This document shows positions 1-7,941 of a stretch of 32,000 bases of DNA, piece by piece; the stretch's first letter is position 1, and each line of letters begins with the position of its first letter. Below the pieces are notes generated by a model that searched no databases, was not told the DNA's origin, and saw only the letters and a program-made list of their open reading frames with translations. The position numbers and the translations under genes were made by a program. This DNA comes from Candidatus Saccharimonadota bacterium (GTDB taxonomy: Bacteria > Patescibacteriota > Saccharimonadia > Saccharimonadales > Saccharimonadaceae), in assembly GCA_049296095.1 (NCBI GenBank), contig JBAQRV010000001.1, forward strand, positions 180,001 through 212,000, written 5' to 3'.

Positions 1-1
1 T

Positions 2-748
2 AGCGAACTGACCTGGATCCTCGATTGCTTTACTGGCATTGGTGAAATGAGCCGTATGACGCAGTTTAAGGACAAATCAGAGGGCTTAGGTGACGAAAGG
101 GTAAGTATGGGGTTATTTAATTATCCTGTGCTCATGGCGGCTGATATCCTCTTGTATAACGCCGAGTACGTCCCGGTCGGCGACGATCAGTCGCAGCACC
201 TTGAATTCACTCGTGATATTAGTGAACGTATGAATGCTCGTTTCGGCGAATTGTTTGTCGTCCCTAGGTCTGTAAAGGAGCAACACGCTTTCTTTGGTAA
301 AGACCAGGGCCTTCGAATTATGGATTTGCAAAATCCAACCAAGAAGATGAGTAAGAGTGATGAGATTGGCAAGGGAGTCATTTTCCTAAATGATGATCCT
401 GAGGCTGCTGCTCAGAAAATCATGAGTGCGACAACTGATGATGTGGCCGAGGTGCGACTTGATCGCAAGAACCAGCCTGGTATCAGCAATCTTTTAGAAA
501 TCCTGGCGCTGCTCCGTGGAGTGCCTCTTGATGAGGTGGTCAAGGAATTTGAAGGCCAGACCCGTTACGGAGACTTTAAGGCGGTTGCGGCCGAGGAAGT
601 AAAGCGATTCCTGACCGATTTCCAGCAAAGGCTCGCTGAAGTTGATGAAGCGGCAGTTATTGCCAAGCTTGAAGCATCCGAAGCAGAACTGCGCCTCGTT
701 GCCAACGAGACCCTCCTCAAAGCTCAACGAGCTGTTGGGTTACGCTAG
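2..748 (+). CDS. trpS: tryptophan--tRNA ligase, C-terminal part (5' end lies outside the window)
   Basis: The reading frame is open from base 2 (SELTWILDCFTGIGEMSRMTQFKDK...). It has the class I aaRS KMSKS signature (KKMSKSD) and overall TrpRS-like sequence. The first ATG in the ORF track (47) is internal. Confidence 0.9.
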   Translation, partial: SELTWILDCFTGIGEMSRMTQFKDKSEGLGDERVSMGLFNYPVLMAADILLYNAEYVPVGDDQSQHLEFTRDISERMNARFGELFVVPRSVKEQHAFFGKDQGLRIMDLQNPTKKMSKSDEIGKGVIFLNDDPEAAAQKIMSATTDDVAEVRLDRKNQPGISNLLEILALLRGVPLDEVVKEFEGQTRYGDFKAVAAEEVKRFLTDFQQRLAEVDEAAVIAKLEASEAELRLVANETLLKAQRAVGLR

Positions 749-756
749 GAAGCACG

Positions 757-1935
757 GTGACCAAAACTCTTATCCCTACCATTCTGGCGATCTTGCGCCA
801 ATTCCACGTTGCTGATGATGAGTCGACGCAGCGATCTGTTTCTAATGCAAAGGAACAGCAACCGCGCCAATTTACAAATCTCATTTCATTTATCTTTAAC
901 CAGACAAAGTACTATATTATCTTTGATGATAACGCTGACGACGACAAAGAGCACCTCAAAGAGCTGATTGCCTTTGATCGCTCTGATATAAAAGGCTATT
1001 TCGTACAAAACCCGCGTGATGAAAGTAAAACTTATGGCATGCCTTTCAAAGGCAAAGTTGTTTACTTATTCCAGATCGTTTCTGAAAAAAAGCGACTTGA
1101 TCTTGAGCTCGCCGAGCGCTATCCAGATCTGTCCCGTAGTACAATTCAAAAATATATCAAAGCAGGGCATGTTCAGGTGAATGGTGAAGTCATTACTAAA
1201 GCAAAACACGATATCAAAGATACTGATGATATTGCCATGGTACCGCCGACCAGTACCGATTTCTCGACGAGCGAAATTCCGATTCTCTATATTGATGATA
1301 ACGTGATTGTTATCAATAAACCGGCAGGCGTATTGACCCACAGCAAGGGTGCGATGAACGATGAATTTACAGTGGCAGACTTTTTCCGCCGTTATACCAC
1401 TAATGCCCTCGAGACCACTCGTCCTGGTATTGTGCATCGTCTCGACAGAGACACAAGCGGTGTTATGATCGGTGCTCGGAACGATGAAACGGCCCTACTG
1501 CTTAAGAAGCAATTCTCTGATCGTGGGACGAAAAAGGAATATATCGCCATCGTCAGTGGTGTGCCAAAAGTTGACCATGCCGTCATTGATCTGCCGATTG
1601 GACGAAATCCGTCCGCACCGAGTACTTTCCGCGTCAATGTTCGAGGGAAAGCTGCTATAACGACCTACGAGGTTCTCGCGACGAATAATGATCATACGCT
1701 CGTGAAGCTCAATCCAAAGACGGGTCGCACCCATCAACTTCGTGTCCATATGGAGTACATAAATACACCGATATGGGGTGATCGAATCTATGGCCACAAA
1801 AAGGACAAAGCTGACCGCCTTTACCTGCATGCTCATAAGCTTGAGATCACTATTCCAACTTCACGACGCGAAACATTTATCGCACCGGTACCAAAGGAGT
1901 TTACCAAACATTTTCCAGGAGTAGGGAATGTCTAA
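757..1935 (+). CDS. rluD: RluA/RluD-family 23S rRNA pseudouridine synthase with S4 domain and an unusual ~100-aa N-terminal extension
   Basis: S4-like segment (RLDLELAERYPDLSRSTIQKYIKAGHVQVNGE) and catalytic motif HRLDRDTSGVM. The GTG start lies 8 nt after the trpS stop. The start is uncertain; an internal ATG at ~1039 would give a canonical-length protein. Confidence 0.85.
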   Translation: MTKTLIPTILAILRQFHVADDESTQRSVSNAKEQQPRQFTNLISFIFNQTKYYIIFDDNADDDKEHLKELIAFDRSDIKGYFVQNPRDESKTYGMPFKGKVVYLFQIVSEKKRLDLELAERYPDLSRSTIQKYIKAGHVQVNGEVITKAKHDIKDTDDIAMVPPTSTDFSTSEIPILYIDDNVIVINKPAGVLTHSKGAMNDEFTVADFFRRYTTNALETTRPGIVHRLDRDTSGVMIGARNDETALLLKKQFSDRGTKKEYIAIVSGVPKVDHAVIDLPIGRNPSAPSTFRVNVRGKAAITTYEVLATNNDHTLVKLNPKTGRTHQLRVHMEYINTPIWGDRIYGHKKDKADRLYLHAHKLEITIPTSRRETFIAPVPKEFTKHFPGVGNV

Positions 1936-2755
1936 TGCCTATACCCATTCAACATCACAAGCTCGACTCGAAGCATTAATCACAGACTTGCCTCAGTCGA
2001 TGCTCATCTCTGGCCCCGCAGGTGTCGGGTTAACAGGGGTAGCTGAGTATTTTGCGACATCACTCAAAACGCCTTTACAGGTAATCTTGCCCGAGAAAGA
2101 TGACAAAGTAGATATTGAAAAAGGAGTCATTTCAGTCGACAGTATCCGTCGCTTATACGATACGACAAAAACCATCGAAACGGGTCATCGAATAATCGCA
2201 ATCGATTATGCTGAGCGAATGGGACACCAGGCTCAAAATGCATTTCTAAAACTACTCGAAGAGCCTGGCGCTCATACGCATTTTGTTCTTTTGTCACATG
2301 AGCCATCTAGGTTATTGCCAACAATATTGTCTAGAGTGCAAATTCTTGAACTACGACCCATTACCAGCGAACAGTCTGAGAGACTTCTTGATGATTTAAA
2401 GATAACTGACGAAAAAAAGCGTACACAGCTTTTATTTATGGCGACCGGATTGCCAGCAGAACTTACCAGACTTGCGACGGATCAAGATTACTTTGAATCG
2501 AGAGCACAAATAGTACGCGATGCCCGCCAGTTCGTGCAGGGAAGCGCCTACGAGCGCTTGAAAGTTTCTCAAAAATACAAAGACGACAGAACGCAGGCTC
2601 TTTTACTCCTAAGCGATGCTATGAAGATGATTCAAAAAGCGGTCAGAGAAGGCAATTCAGAGCTAGTACCAGTGATTAATGGCCTTTTGAAGGCCTACGA
2701 TCGCATTGAGGCCAATGGCAACGTCAGGCTTCAACTTTCGGTAGCCATGGTATAA
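1928..2755 (+). CDS. holB: DNA polymerase III delta-prime subunit
   Basis: Degenerate P-loop (GPAGVGL) and the clamp-loader motif AQNAFLKLLEEP, followed by SRLLPTILSRVQ. Overlaps the rluD end by 8 nt. Confidence 0.8.
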   Translation: MSNAYTHSTSQARLEALITDLPQSMLISGPAGVGLTGVAEYFATSLKTPLQVILPEKDDKVDIEKGVISVDSIRRLYDTTKTIETGHRIIAIDYAERMGHQAQNAFLKLLEEPGAHTHFVLLSHEPSRLLPTILSRVQILELRPITSEQSERLLDDLKITDEKKRTQLLFMATGLPAELTRLATDQDYFESRAQIVRDARQFVQGSAYERLKVSQKYKDDRTQALLLLSDAMKMIQKAVREGNSELVPVINGLLKAYDRIEANGNVRLQLSVAMV

Positions 2756-2763
2756 TAAGAGAA

Positions 2764-3417
2764 ATGTTAGGACTCATCCTTATTGCATTACTCGGTGCCT
2801 GGGCCTTGTACCAGCGACAAACCATTGGCGAAGTTGCCAGTGACTTACCGTCGAAACTTTCTGATAAGCTTGATCAGCTTTGGTCAATTGCGCAGACATC
2901 TTTAGTTGACCGCAAATACCTCCGGGCTGAAAAGGCGCTCCTTACCATTTTGCGCGTCGATGAACGTAATGCGAGCGCCTATAACCGCCTTGGTATACTG
3001 TACGCCAAACAGCAGCAGTTTAAAGAGGCGATTGAGTGTTTTGAAATTGCTCAGTCACTTGAGCCGAGTGCAAGTAGCCTCCATAATGTCGGCCTGATTT
3101 ATTTTGAAACGCAGAATTATGATAAGGCCGCCTTGGCTTTTGAACAGGCTCTCGCGATTGATAGTGATCTGGCCGCTCGACATATTGCCTACGCAAAGGT
3201 ACAAGAAAAGCTTGGTAATGACCGCAAAATGATCGATTCATTGGAGCGCGCTGTTGAGATTGATCCAATTCCTCAGACTTTGACGATTCTCGCCGATGCT
3301 TATGATCGAACAGGTGAGGAGCAACTTGCGCTTGATCTCCGTGAACGTGCCGCAAAGATGATTATTCCTCAAGGTAAGGATACTCGCGTACGACAACCTC
3401 GTCGTGTCGTTATGTAA
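2764..3417 (+). CDS. membrane-anchored TPR-repeat protein
   Basis: N-terminal hydrophobic helix (MLGLILIALLGAWALY) followed by several 34-aa TPR-like repeats (AYNRLGILYAKQQQFKEAIECFEIAQSLEP, LHNVGLIYFETQNYDKAALAFEQALAID). Confidence 0.7.
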   Translation: MLGLILIALLGAWALYQRQTIGEVASDLPSKLSDKLDQLWSIAQTSLVDRKYLRAEKALLTILRVDERNASAYNRLGILYAKQQQFKEAIECFEIAQSLEPSASSLHNVGLIYFETQNYDKAALAFEQALAIDSDLAARHIAYAKVQEKLGNDRKMIDSLERAVEIDPIPQTLTILADAYDRTGEEQLALDLRERAAKMIIPQGKDTRVRQPRRVVM

Positions 3418-3431
3418 GAATAAAGAGTAAT

Positions 3432-3462
3432 AAAATATCCCACGGCGAGGTGGGATATTTTA
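3432..3462. terminator. bidirectional intrinsic terminator between the TPR gene and tRNA-Tyr
   Basis: Hairpin AAAATATCCCA-cggcgagg-TGGGATATTTT, flanked by A-run and T-run. Confidence 0.7.
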
Positions 3463-3464
3463 TT

Positions 3465-3550
3465 TGGTGCTGGGAGTAGGATTCGAACCTACGAAGGCTG
3501 AGCCGCCAGTTTTACAGACTGGTGTGTTTGAACCACTTCACTATCCCAGC
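3465..3550 (-). tRNA. tRNA-Tyr (anticodon GTA), long variable arm, CCA encoded
   Basis: Reverse complement begins GCTGGGA and ends TCCCAGCACCA (7-bp acceptor stem). Anticodon loop is CT-GTA-AA. T-loop GGTTCGAATCC. 86 nt, type II architecture as expected for bacterial tRNA-Tyr. Confidence 0.9.
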
Positions 3551-3565
3551 AAGCATTAACACTAG

Positions 3566-3943
3566 TCATTTTACCTCATATTTCATGAATTTGCTAGCTT
3601 CTACGCTGATTGAATTGCGGTTTTCTATCTCTTTCCATGGAAAAAGAAATTGCTTTCCATCTGCAACGAAGACATAAAGAAGGTCAAATGCATCCACGCT
3701 ATACTTCTTGGCCGTATAATAGGATTGATTACCTCCCATAGTACGTAGAGCTGCCATGTGCTTGTTTGTGCCCTTATAGTATCCTGCATATTTGACTTGA
3801 ACCCGAAACAAGCAATTATCGATTTCAGCAATGAGATCATACTTTCGCTTGTCACCGATAGGTAGGCAGACTTCATACCCGTTAGTTATGAAGTAAGATA
3901 TTGCATGCGCAACAGCCAAATCACCCTTCTCTTTTGGTTTCAT
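3566..3943 (-). CDS. small PD-(D/E)xK endonuclease resembling the I-Ssp6803I type of group I intron homing endonuclease
   Basis: Pattern KGDLAVAHAISYFITNGYEVCLPIGDKRKYDLIAEIDNCLFRVQVK matches the D...(D/E)xK core (YDLI ... VQVK) of the small PD-(D/E)xK family that includes I-Ssp6803I. This is recalled family resemblance, not a database search. I prefer the M6 start (3943) because the upstream codons lie inside a perfect 14-bp hairpin. Confidence 0.6.
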   Translation of the reverse strand: MKPKEKGDLAVAHAISYFITNGYEVCLPIGDKRKYDLIAEIDNCLFRVQVKYAGYYKGTNKHMAALRTMGGNQSYYTAKKYSVDAFDLLYVFVADGKQFLFPWKEIENRNSISVEASKFMKYEVK

Positions 3944-3945
3944 AA

Positions 3946-3978
3946 AATAATAAAGCAACCAAAAGTTGCTTTATTATT
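3946..3978 (-). terminator. perfect 14-bp hairpin downstream of tRNA-Thr(TGT)
   Basis: AATAATAAAGCAAC-caaaa-GTTGCTTTATTATT. On the minus strand it is followed by a T-rich run immediately before the endonuclease ATG. Confidence 0.5.
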
Positions 3979-3994
3979 AAATATTGAATTCATT

Positions 3995-4071
3995 TGGAGC
4001 CGCCTCAGGGATTCGAACCCAGGACCCTCGCTTTACAAAAGCGATGCTCTAACCAGCTGAGCTAAGGCGGC
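3995..4071 (-). tRNA. tRNA-Thr (anticodon TGT), CCA encoded
   Basis: Reverse complement is GCCGCCTTAGCTCAGCTGGTTAGAGCATCGCTTTTGTAAAGCGAGGGTCCTGGGTTCGAATCCCTGAGGCGGCTCCA. Acceptor GCCGCCT/AGGCGGC and anticodon loop TT-TGT-AA. One T-T mismatch in the T stem. Confidence 0.85.
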
Positions 4072-4163
4072 AAGCTTTAGATACTCGACTTATTTTAACG
4101 GATATCAAACAGATGTTCAAGATACTTAACTCTTGTTTAAATATTATTAGGTACAATTTCTCT

Positions 4164-4748
4164 ATGATTACTAAAGACGTACTGACAAACTTATATATTG
4201 AACGTGGGTTTTCGATGAAACGGATAGCTATAGAGCTTAATTGCTCTGTCCATAGAGTTGAATACTGGATGCGAAAGTATATGCTTAAACGAAGAAGTCG
4301 TAGTGAAGCGCTGTATCATCATTATCACCCTGATGGACACCCTTTTAGTAAACATAGAATACGTACAATAGAAGATGCTACGCTGTATGGCCTAGGTATC
4401 GGCCTATACTGGGGTGAGGGTACGAAAAGAAATAGGCACTCCGTAAGGCTGGGAAATAGTGACCCTGCACTTATTCGTACATTTATGCAGTTTTTAGAGA
4501 CTTGTTTCGGAGTCAACATAAGTGAGCTACGATTTGGTCTCCAACTTTTTACAGATATCGAACCGATAAAGGCACTGCTCTATTGGAGAGAAGCGTTGAA
4601 TATCAGTGAGGATCAATTCTATAAGCCGCACATAACAGTTAGCGGCTCTTTAGGAACATACCGACAGAAATCACTATATGGTGTTATTACCCTTTACTAC
4701 AACAATTCCCGTCTTCGTGATATACTTGTCAGCGAGTTGCCACAATAG
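4164..4748 (+). CDS. HTH + single-motif LAGLIDADG-type homing-endonuclease-like protein
   Basis: LYGLGIGLYWGEGTK resembles a LAGLIDADG motif with an acidic residue. The N-terminal FSMKRIAIELNCSVHRVEYWMRKY resembles an HTH. I prefer the start at 4164 because a TACAAT -10 box (4152-4157) sits 6 nt upstream, the leaderless pattern seen elsewhere in the window. Confidence 0.6.
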   Translation: MITKDVLTNLYIERGFSMKRIAIELNCSVHRVEYWMRKYMLKRRSRSEALYHHYHPDGHPFSKHRIRTIEDATLYGLGIGLYWGEGTKRNRHSVRLGNSDPALIRTFMQFLETCFGVNISELRFGLQLFTDIEPIKALLYWREALNISEDQFYKPHITVSGSLGTYRQKSLYGVITLYYNNSRLRDILVSELPQ

Positions 4749-4793
4749 TACTAATATATAAGTACACAGTGCCAGTGCAACGACTAAATATAT

Positions 4794-5074
4794 GCCGCGA
4801 TAGCTCAGTTGGTAGAGCGCATCCATGGTGGGTCGCCTGACCCCTGCCTGCTTACCGAGAAATTGGTAAGTATCACCCGAATAACGGTTAATATCCCACG
4901 CAGGGACAAGACCGTGGCGACTAGAGTTATAGCCGCCCGAACGACTGACAAGGGAAGCTACGTCATCCAGATGATATGCTTAATATACAGTCTAGCCCTC
5001 TTATACTGCACAGAAATAAGAAGAGGTGTAAGCGAAGGATGAGGTCTCGGGTTCAATTCCCGATCGCGGCTCCA
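4794..5074 (+). tRNA. tRNA-Thr (anticodon GGT) interrupted by a 205-nt intron after anticodon position 36
   Basis: 5' exon 4794-4829: GCCGCGA TA GCTC AGTTGGTA GAGC G CATCC ATGGT. 3' exon 5035-5074: AA GGATG AGGTC TCGGG TTCAATT CCCGA TCGCGGC T CCA. Joining the exons gives a canonical 76-nt cloverleaf with loop AT-GGT-AA. Confidence 0.8.
4830..5034 (+). ncRNA. putative group I (self-splicing) intron, ORF-less
   Basis: The 5' exon ends in U and the intron ends in G. Exon GGU (4827-4829) can pair with GCC (4846-4848), giving the U.G wobble at the splice site. A P2-like hairpin forms from CTTACC/GGTAAG (4851-4856/4865-4870). A P4-P5-like element has A-rich joiners (ACGGT TAATAT CCC acgca GGG ACAAG ACCGT). 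GACTG/CAGTC is a candidate P7. Its size matches small tRNA group I introns. Confidence 0.7.
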
Positions 5075-5135
5075 AACTAGAATATATACCTGCGCTTGAT
5101 TTACTACTGTTAGTTTGCTATAATCTACCACTGAT

Positions 5136-5342
5136 ATGCCTAAAAAGAATACTAAGCGAAAACTCGTCGGACTTGTCAGCGAACTGACTGGTCACCGTAC
5201 GTACTACACGACCAAGAACACTCAGAACACCACTGAGAAGATTAGTCTAAAGAAGTACGACCCAATTGCACGTACCCACGCGACTTACACCGAGACAAAG
5301 AAGAACCTCGGACGTAACGAAGTCAAGCAACGCAAGAACTAG
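5136..5342 (+). CDS. rpmG: 50S ribosomal protein L33 (Cys-less form, short C-terminal extension)
   Basis: KLVGLVSELTGHRTYYTTKNTQNTTEKISLKKYDPIARTHATYTETK aligns with the L33 consensus (GTGHFYTTTKN...L.KFDP..R.H..YKE.K). An extended -10 TGcTATAAT (5116-5124) lies upstream. Confidence 0.85.
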   Translation: MPKKNTKRKLVGLVSELTGHRTYYTTKNTQNTTEKISLKKYDPIARTHATYTETKKNLGRNEVKQRKN

Positions 5343-6001
5343 TCTTGCTGCTTATCAAAGATTCGTGCCAGCCACAGCCCTGATTCAAGGGCTGTGTTTA
5401 GTATAGTGTCATTTAAGGTTTCGTTCGTCGTGTAGATATACAGTTTCTTATCTATCAATTCAACCGCATGAGGCCAAAGTCTCGCGGCAATAATCTGTGA
5501 AACTTCATGAGTGAGGTATTGCTCGATGTCAGCAACTCGCGTCGAAGTCGCATATAACTCGTACCGTCCGTGAAATTCTGCAGTATGCGCCCCTGAGAGC
5601 ATCGTATTTATGGGCAACAGGTGATGAAAGGCGGTAAAGAAGCGACTATAAGCCTCTTGATTATGAGTTAAGGGGCGTAAAAACAGGTGGGGGAGCGGCT
5701 CGTCGGTTTCCAGGTCAATACGCATAATAAGCCACGTCTGTTCTTGTTTCGAGCCATCCTTGGTGAGAACTGTATCAAAGCGGTCTACGATACTAATATC
5801 GTAGCCATCATAGGAGCCGACCGCGTAGTGACTATCCTTATGAGTCGTTGATACTGTTAACCCTCGAATAACGTCGTGATCATCCATGTGCTGATCAACC
5901 GAGCCGAAATACACCAGACCTAGCTTTTTAGCGAATTTCTTTAAAAGCCTGCCCCGAGCCGAGTTAATGTTTAAGATATTCTTTACAAACGCTCTCATCA
6001 C
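5339..6001 (-). CDS. hypothetical protein, last gene of the alpha-glucan operon
   Basis: 220-aa ORF whose start overlaps the GH15 stop by 4 nt. I recognise no motif. Confidence 0.5.
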   Translation of the reverse strand: MMRAFVKNILNINSARGRLLKKFAKKLGLVYFGSVDQHMDDHDVIRGLTVSTTHKDSHYAVGSYDGYDISIVDRFDTVLTKDGSKQEQTWLIMRIDLETDEPLPHLFLRPLTHNQEAYSRFFTAFHHLLPINTMLSGAHTAEFHGRYELYATSTRVADIEQYLTHEVSQIIAARLWPHAVELIDKKLYIYTTNETLNDTILNTALESGLWLARIFDKQQD

Positions 6002-7941
6002 TTTGTTTTCCTAATATAATCAAGTAGCGTAGAAATATATTCGGCATGAGACCAGGTCAAAGGTGCCGGTGAGACGACCGAGCTGTCTGTTGGATCAATC
6101 TGCTCACCGAGCATACCTGTATGAAGCGCATGATCCTTGACCCAATCTAACGTTTTTAGCCCACTGGCTGTATCATTTTGATCAATAGCGTATTGAGCCA
6201 GCCATAGAGTGGTGATAAACCAATAATTCCCTGATATATCACTATGTGCTCGGCGATAGTCATCGTTTTCGTAGCGAGGGAGGCCGACAATATCCTTAGA
6301 AATACCGAAAGTAGTCTTGGTTGTCTCGATAGAGGAGAGTAATTCAGCGCTCGTGTCATCAAATAGTCCGTACATAAACGACCCAAAGACAGCAGAGGTA
6401 TCGAGAATTGCATCTTTCTCGATTTCACCCTCGTGCACCAACAATCCCCGATAGAATGCTTTACGTTCGTCATTATACAAATGCTTCGCTGCAGCTGTCT
6501 TGATATCATCAGCGGCCGCTTGCCACTTCACTGCGCTCTCTTTGTCACCAACTGCCGTTGCAAGTTCGCAGGCTGCGAGGAGCGCCCCGTAGGTGACAGC
6601 GGTAGTATAGGTTGAGGTCGAAAAAGTCTGTTCCCATAGGTCATAGCTGGGTTTCGGTAGTCCCGTGACGTCATCGATAAACTCGGCCAGAAAGTCAGTC
6701 ATTGGCTTGATCATTGATCCGTAAAAGTCCTTTAGTAGTGTACTCCCGGGATTCATTTGATAGAACTGGGCAAATACAAATACAACCAGAGCGGTTTCAT
6801 CCTCTTGAATCGGTGCAGCAACGATCTCGCCGTGTATATACGGGTGCCAACTGCTTCCCAGGGCACCATCAGCGCGATACTTATGCATCAAATAGCCACT
6901 TGGGTGAAGCCCGCGCTTGCAGAACTCAAAGAAGCGATATGCCTCGTCGAAATACCCGAGGCGAATAAGTGGCCACACGGTATAGGCACCATCACGCGGC
7001 CAACTATAAGCATAATTGTCCTTTGAATAATTAAGCAAGCTACTATCTGTACTAGCGATGATTGCTCCACGCTTATCAATCTGTGACTTAATAATCATTA
7101 AACTTTGTATAAACAGTTCTTGATGAGATTCTGGAACATGCTTGCCAAACTCGAGGGCGGGCTTTAGCCACTCACGCCACCACTGGGCAGTCCCATGGAG
7201 ACGTTTTGACAATCCATCATCCTGCATCTGACGATGGATATAAAGTGCCTCACGTATCGACATGCCGGCTGCAATCCAATAATGAACTCGGCCTGAACTC
7301 TGCGCCTCGACCTGAAGCGTGAAGCCAATAATCGAGTCAACCCTGCCATGTTCGACATTATTACCACTCAAAATACCGTCTTCGGCATCGCGGAATGACC
7401 CCTCGTGGCCTTCAATACCGAAGAGACCGATTGAGTATTGATCAAACGACTGTTCACCGTTTACCCCAGAAATAATAAAGGCCCGACGACCACGGTAATG
7501 GAGGATAGCGTTGCTATCAGGCAGATACTGCGCCGTATCAGTATTACTTCGTGAATCACCGATCGCAAAGGCCTGGTACATAAATAATTTAATCTCACGC
7601 TTTTCATTGGCCAGGTTCACCACATGAATATTGCGCATAAACAGGCTCATCTCAGCATCGACACAATCATCGAACTCAAGAATAATGCCTAATTTCTCAT
7701 TTTTGGCTAAGGTATGGCCAATCAATGCGGTGTGAGGATAGCGGAATTGGAATGTCCAGCTATCTTTATCATCGAGCCAGCTCATCTGCCCATCGACGTA
7801 CACACCGACCTTATGGCGTAAATTAGTACCAGCGGCATGGTTTTCGAAGCCAACATAGGGGTAATAGAAATCGTGGACTAACCCGTATTTGTTGAGCCCG
7901 ACATGAAGTTCACCGTTACTAAGGACGATTGGCCTAGCCAC
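5998..7941 (-). CDS. glycoside hydrolase family 15 (glucoamylase/glucodextranase-like)
   Basis: 647 aa with the WPRDGAY motif and (alpha/alpha)6-type C-terminal region features typical of bacterial/archaeal GH15. Overlaps the GH57 stop by 8 nt. Confidence 0.8.
   Translation of the reverse strand: MARPIVLSNGELHVGLNKYGLVHDFYYPYVGFENHAAGTNLRHKVGVYVDGQMSWLDDKDSWTFQFRYPHTALIGHTLAKNEKLGIILEFDDCVDAEMSLFMRNIHVVNLANEKREIKLFMYQAFAIGDSRSNTDTAQYLPDSNAILHYRGRRAFIISGVNGEQSFDQYSIGLFGIEGHEGSFRDAEDGILSGNNVEHGRVDSIIGFTLQVEAQSSGRVHYWIAAGMSIREALYIHRQMQDDGLSKRLHGTAQWWREWLKPALEFGKHVPESHQELFIQSLMIIKSQIDKRGAIIASTDSSLLNYSKDNYAYSWPRDGAYTVWPLIRLGYFDEAYRFFEFCKRGLHPSGYLMHKYRADGALGSSWHPYIHGEIVAAPIQEDETALVVFVFAQFYQMNPGSTLLKDFYGSMIKPMTDFLAEFIDDVTGLPKPSYDLWEQTFSTSTYTTAVTYGALLAACELATAVGDKESAVKWQAAADDIKTAAAKHLYNDERKAFYRGLLVHEGEIEKDAILDTSAVFGSFMYGLFDDTSAELLSSIETTKTTFGISKDIVGLPRYENDDYRRAHSDISGNYWFITTLWLAQYAIDQNDTASGLKTLDWVKDHALHTGMLGEQIDPTDSSVVSPAPLTWSHAEYISTLLDYIRKTK

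Noticed and set aside
4809-5042. 77-aa ORF inside the tRNA-Thr(GGT) locus, which might be taken for an intron-encoded homing endonuclease
   Set aside because: It starts in the 5' exon and ends in the 3' exon, so it crosses both splice junctions. It overlaps predicted intron helices, has no endonuclease motif (LAGLIDADG, GIY-YIG, HNH or PD-(D/E)xK), and has no start signal.
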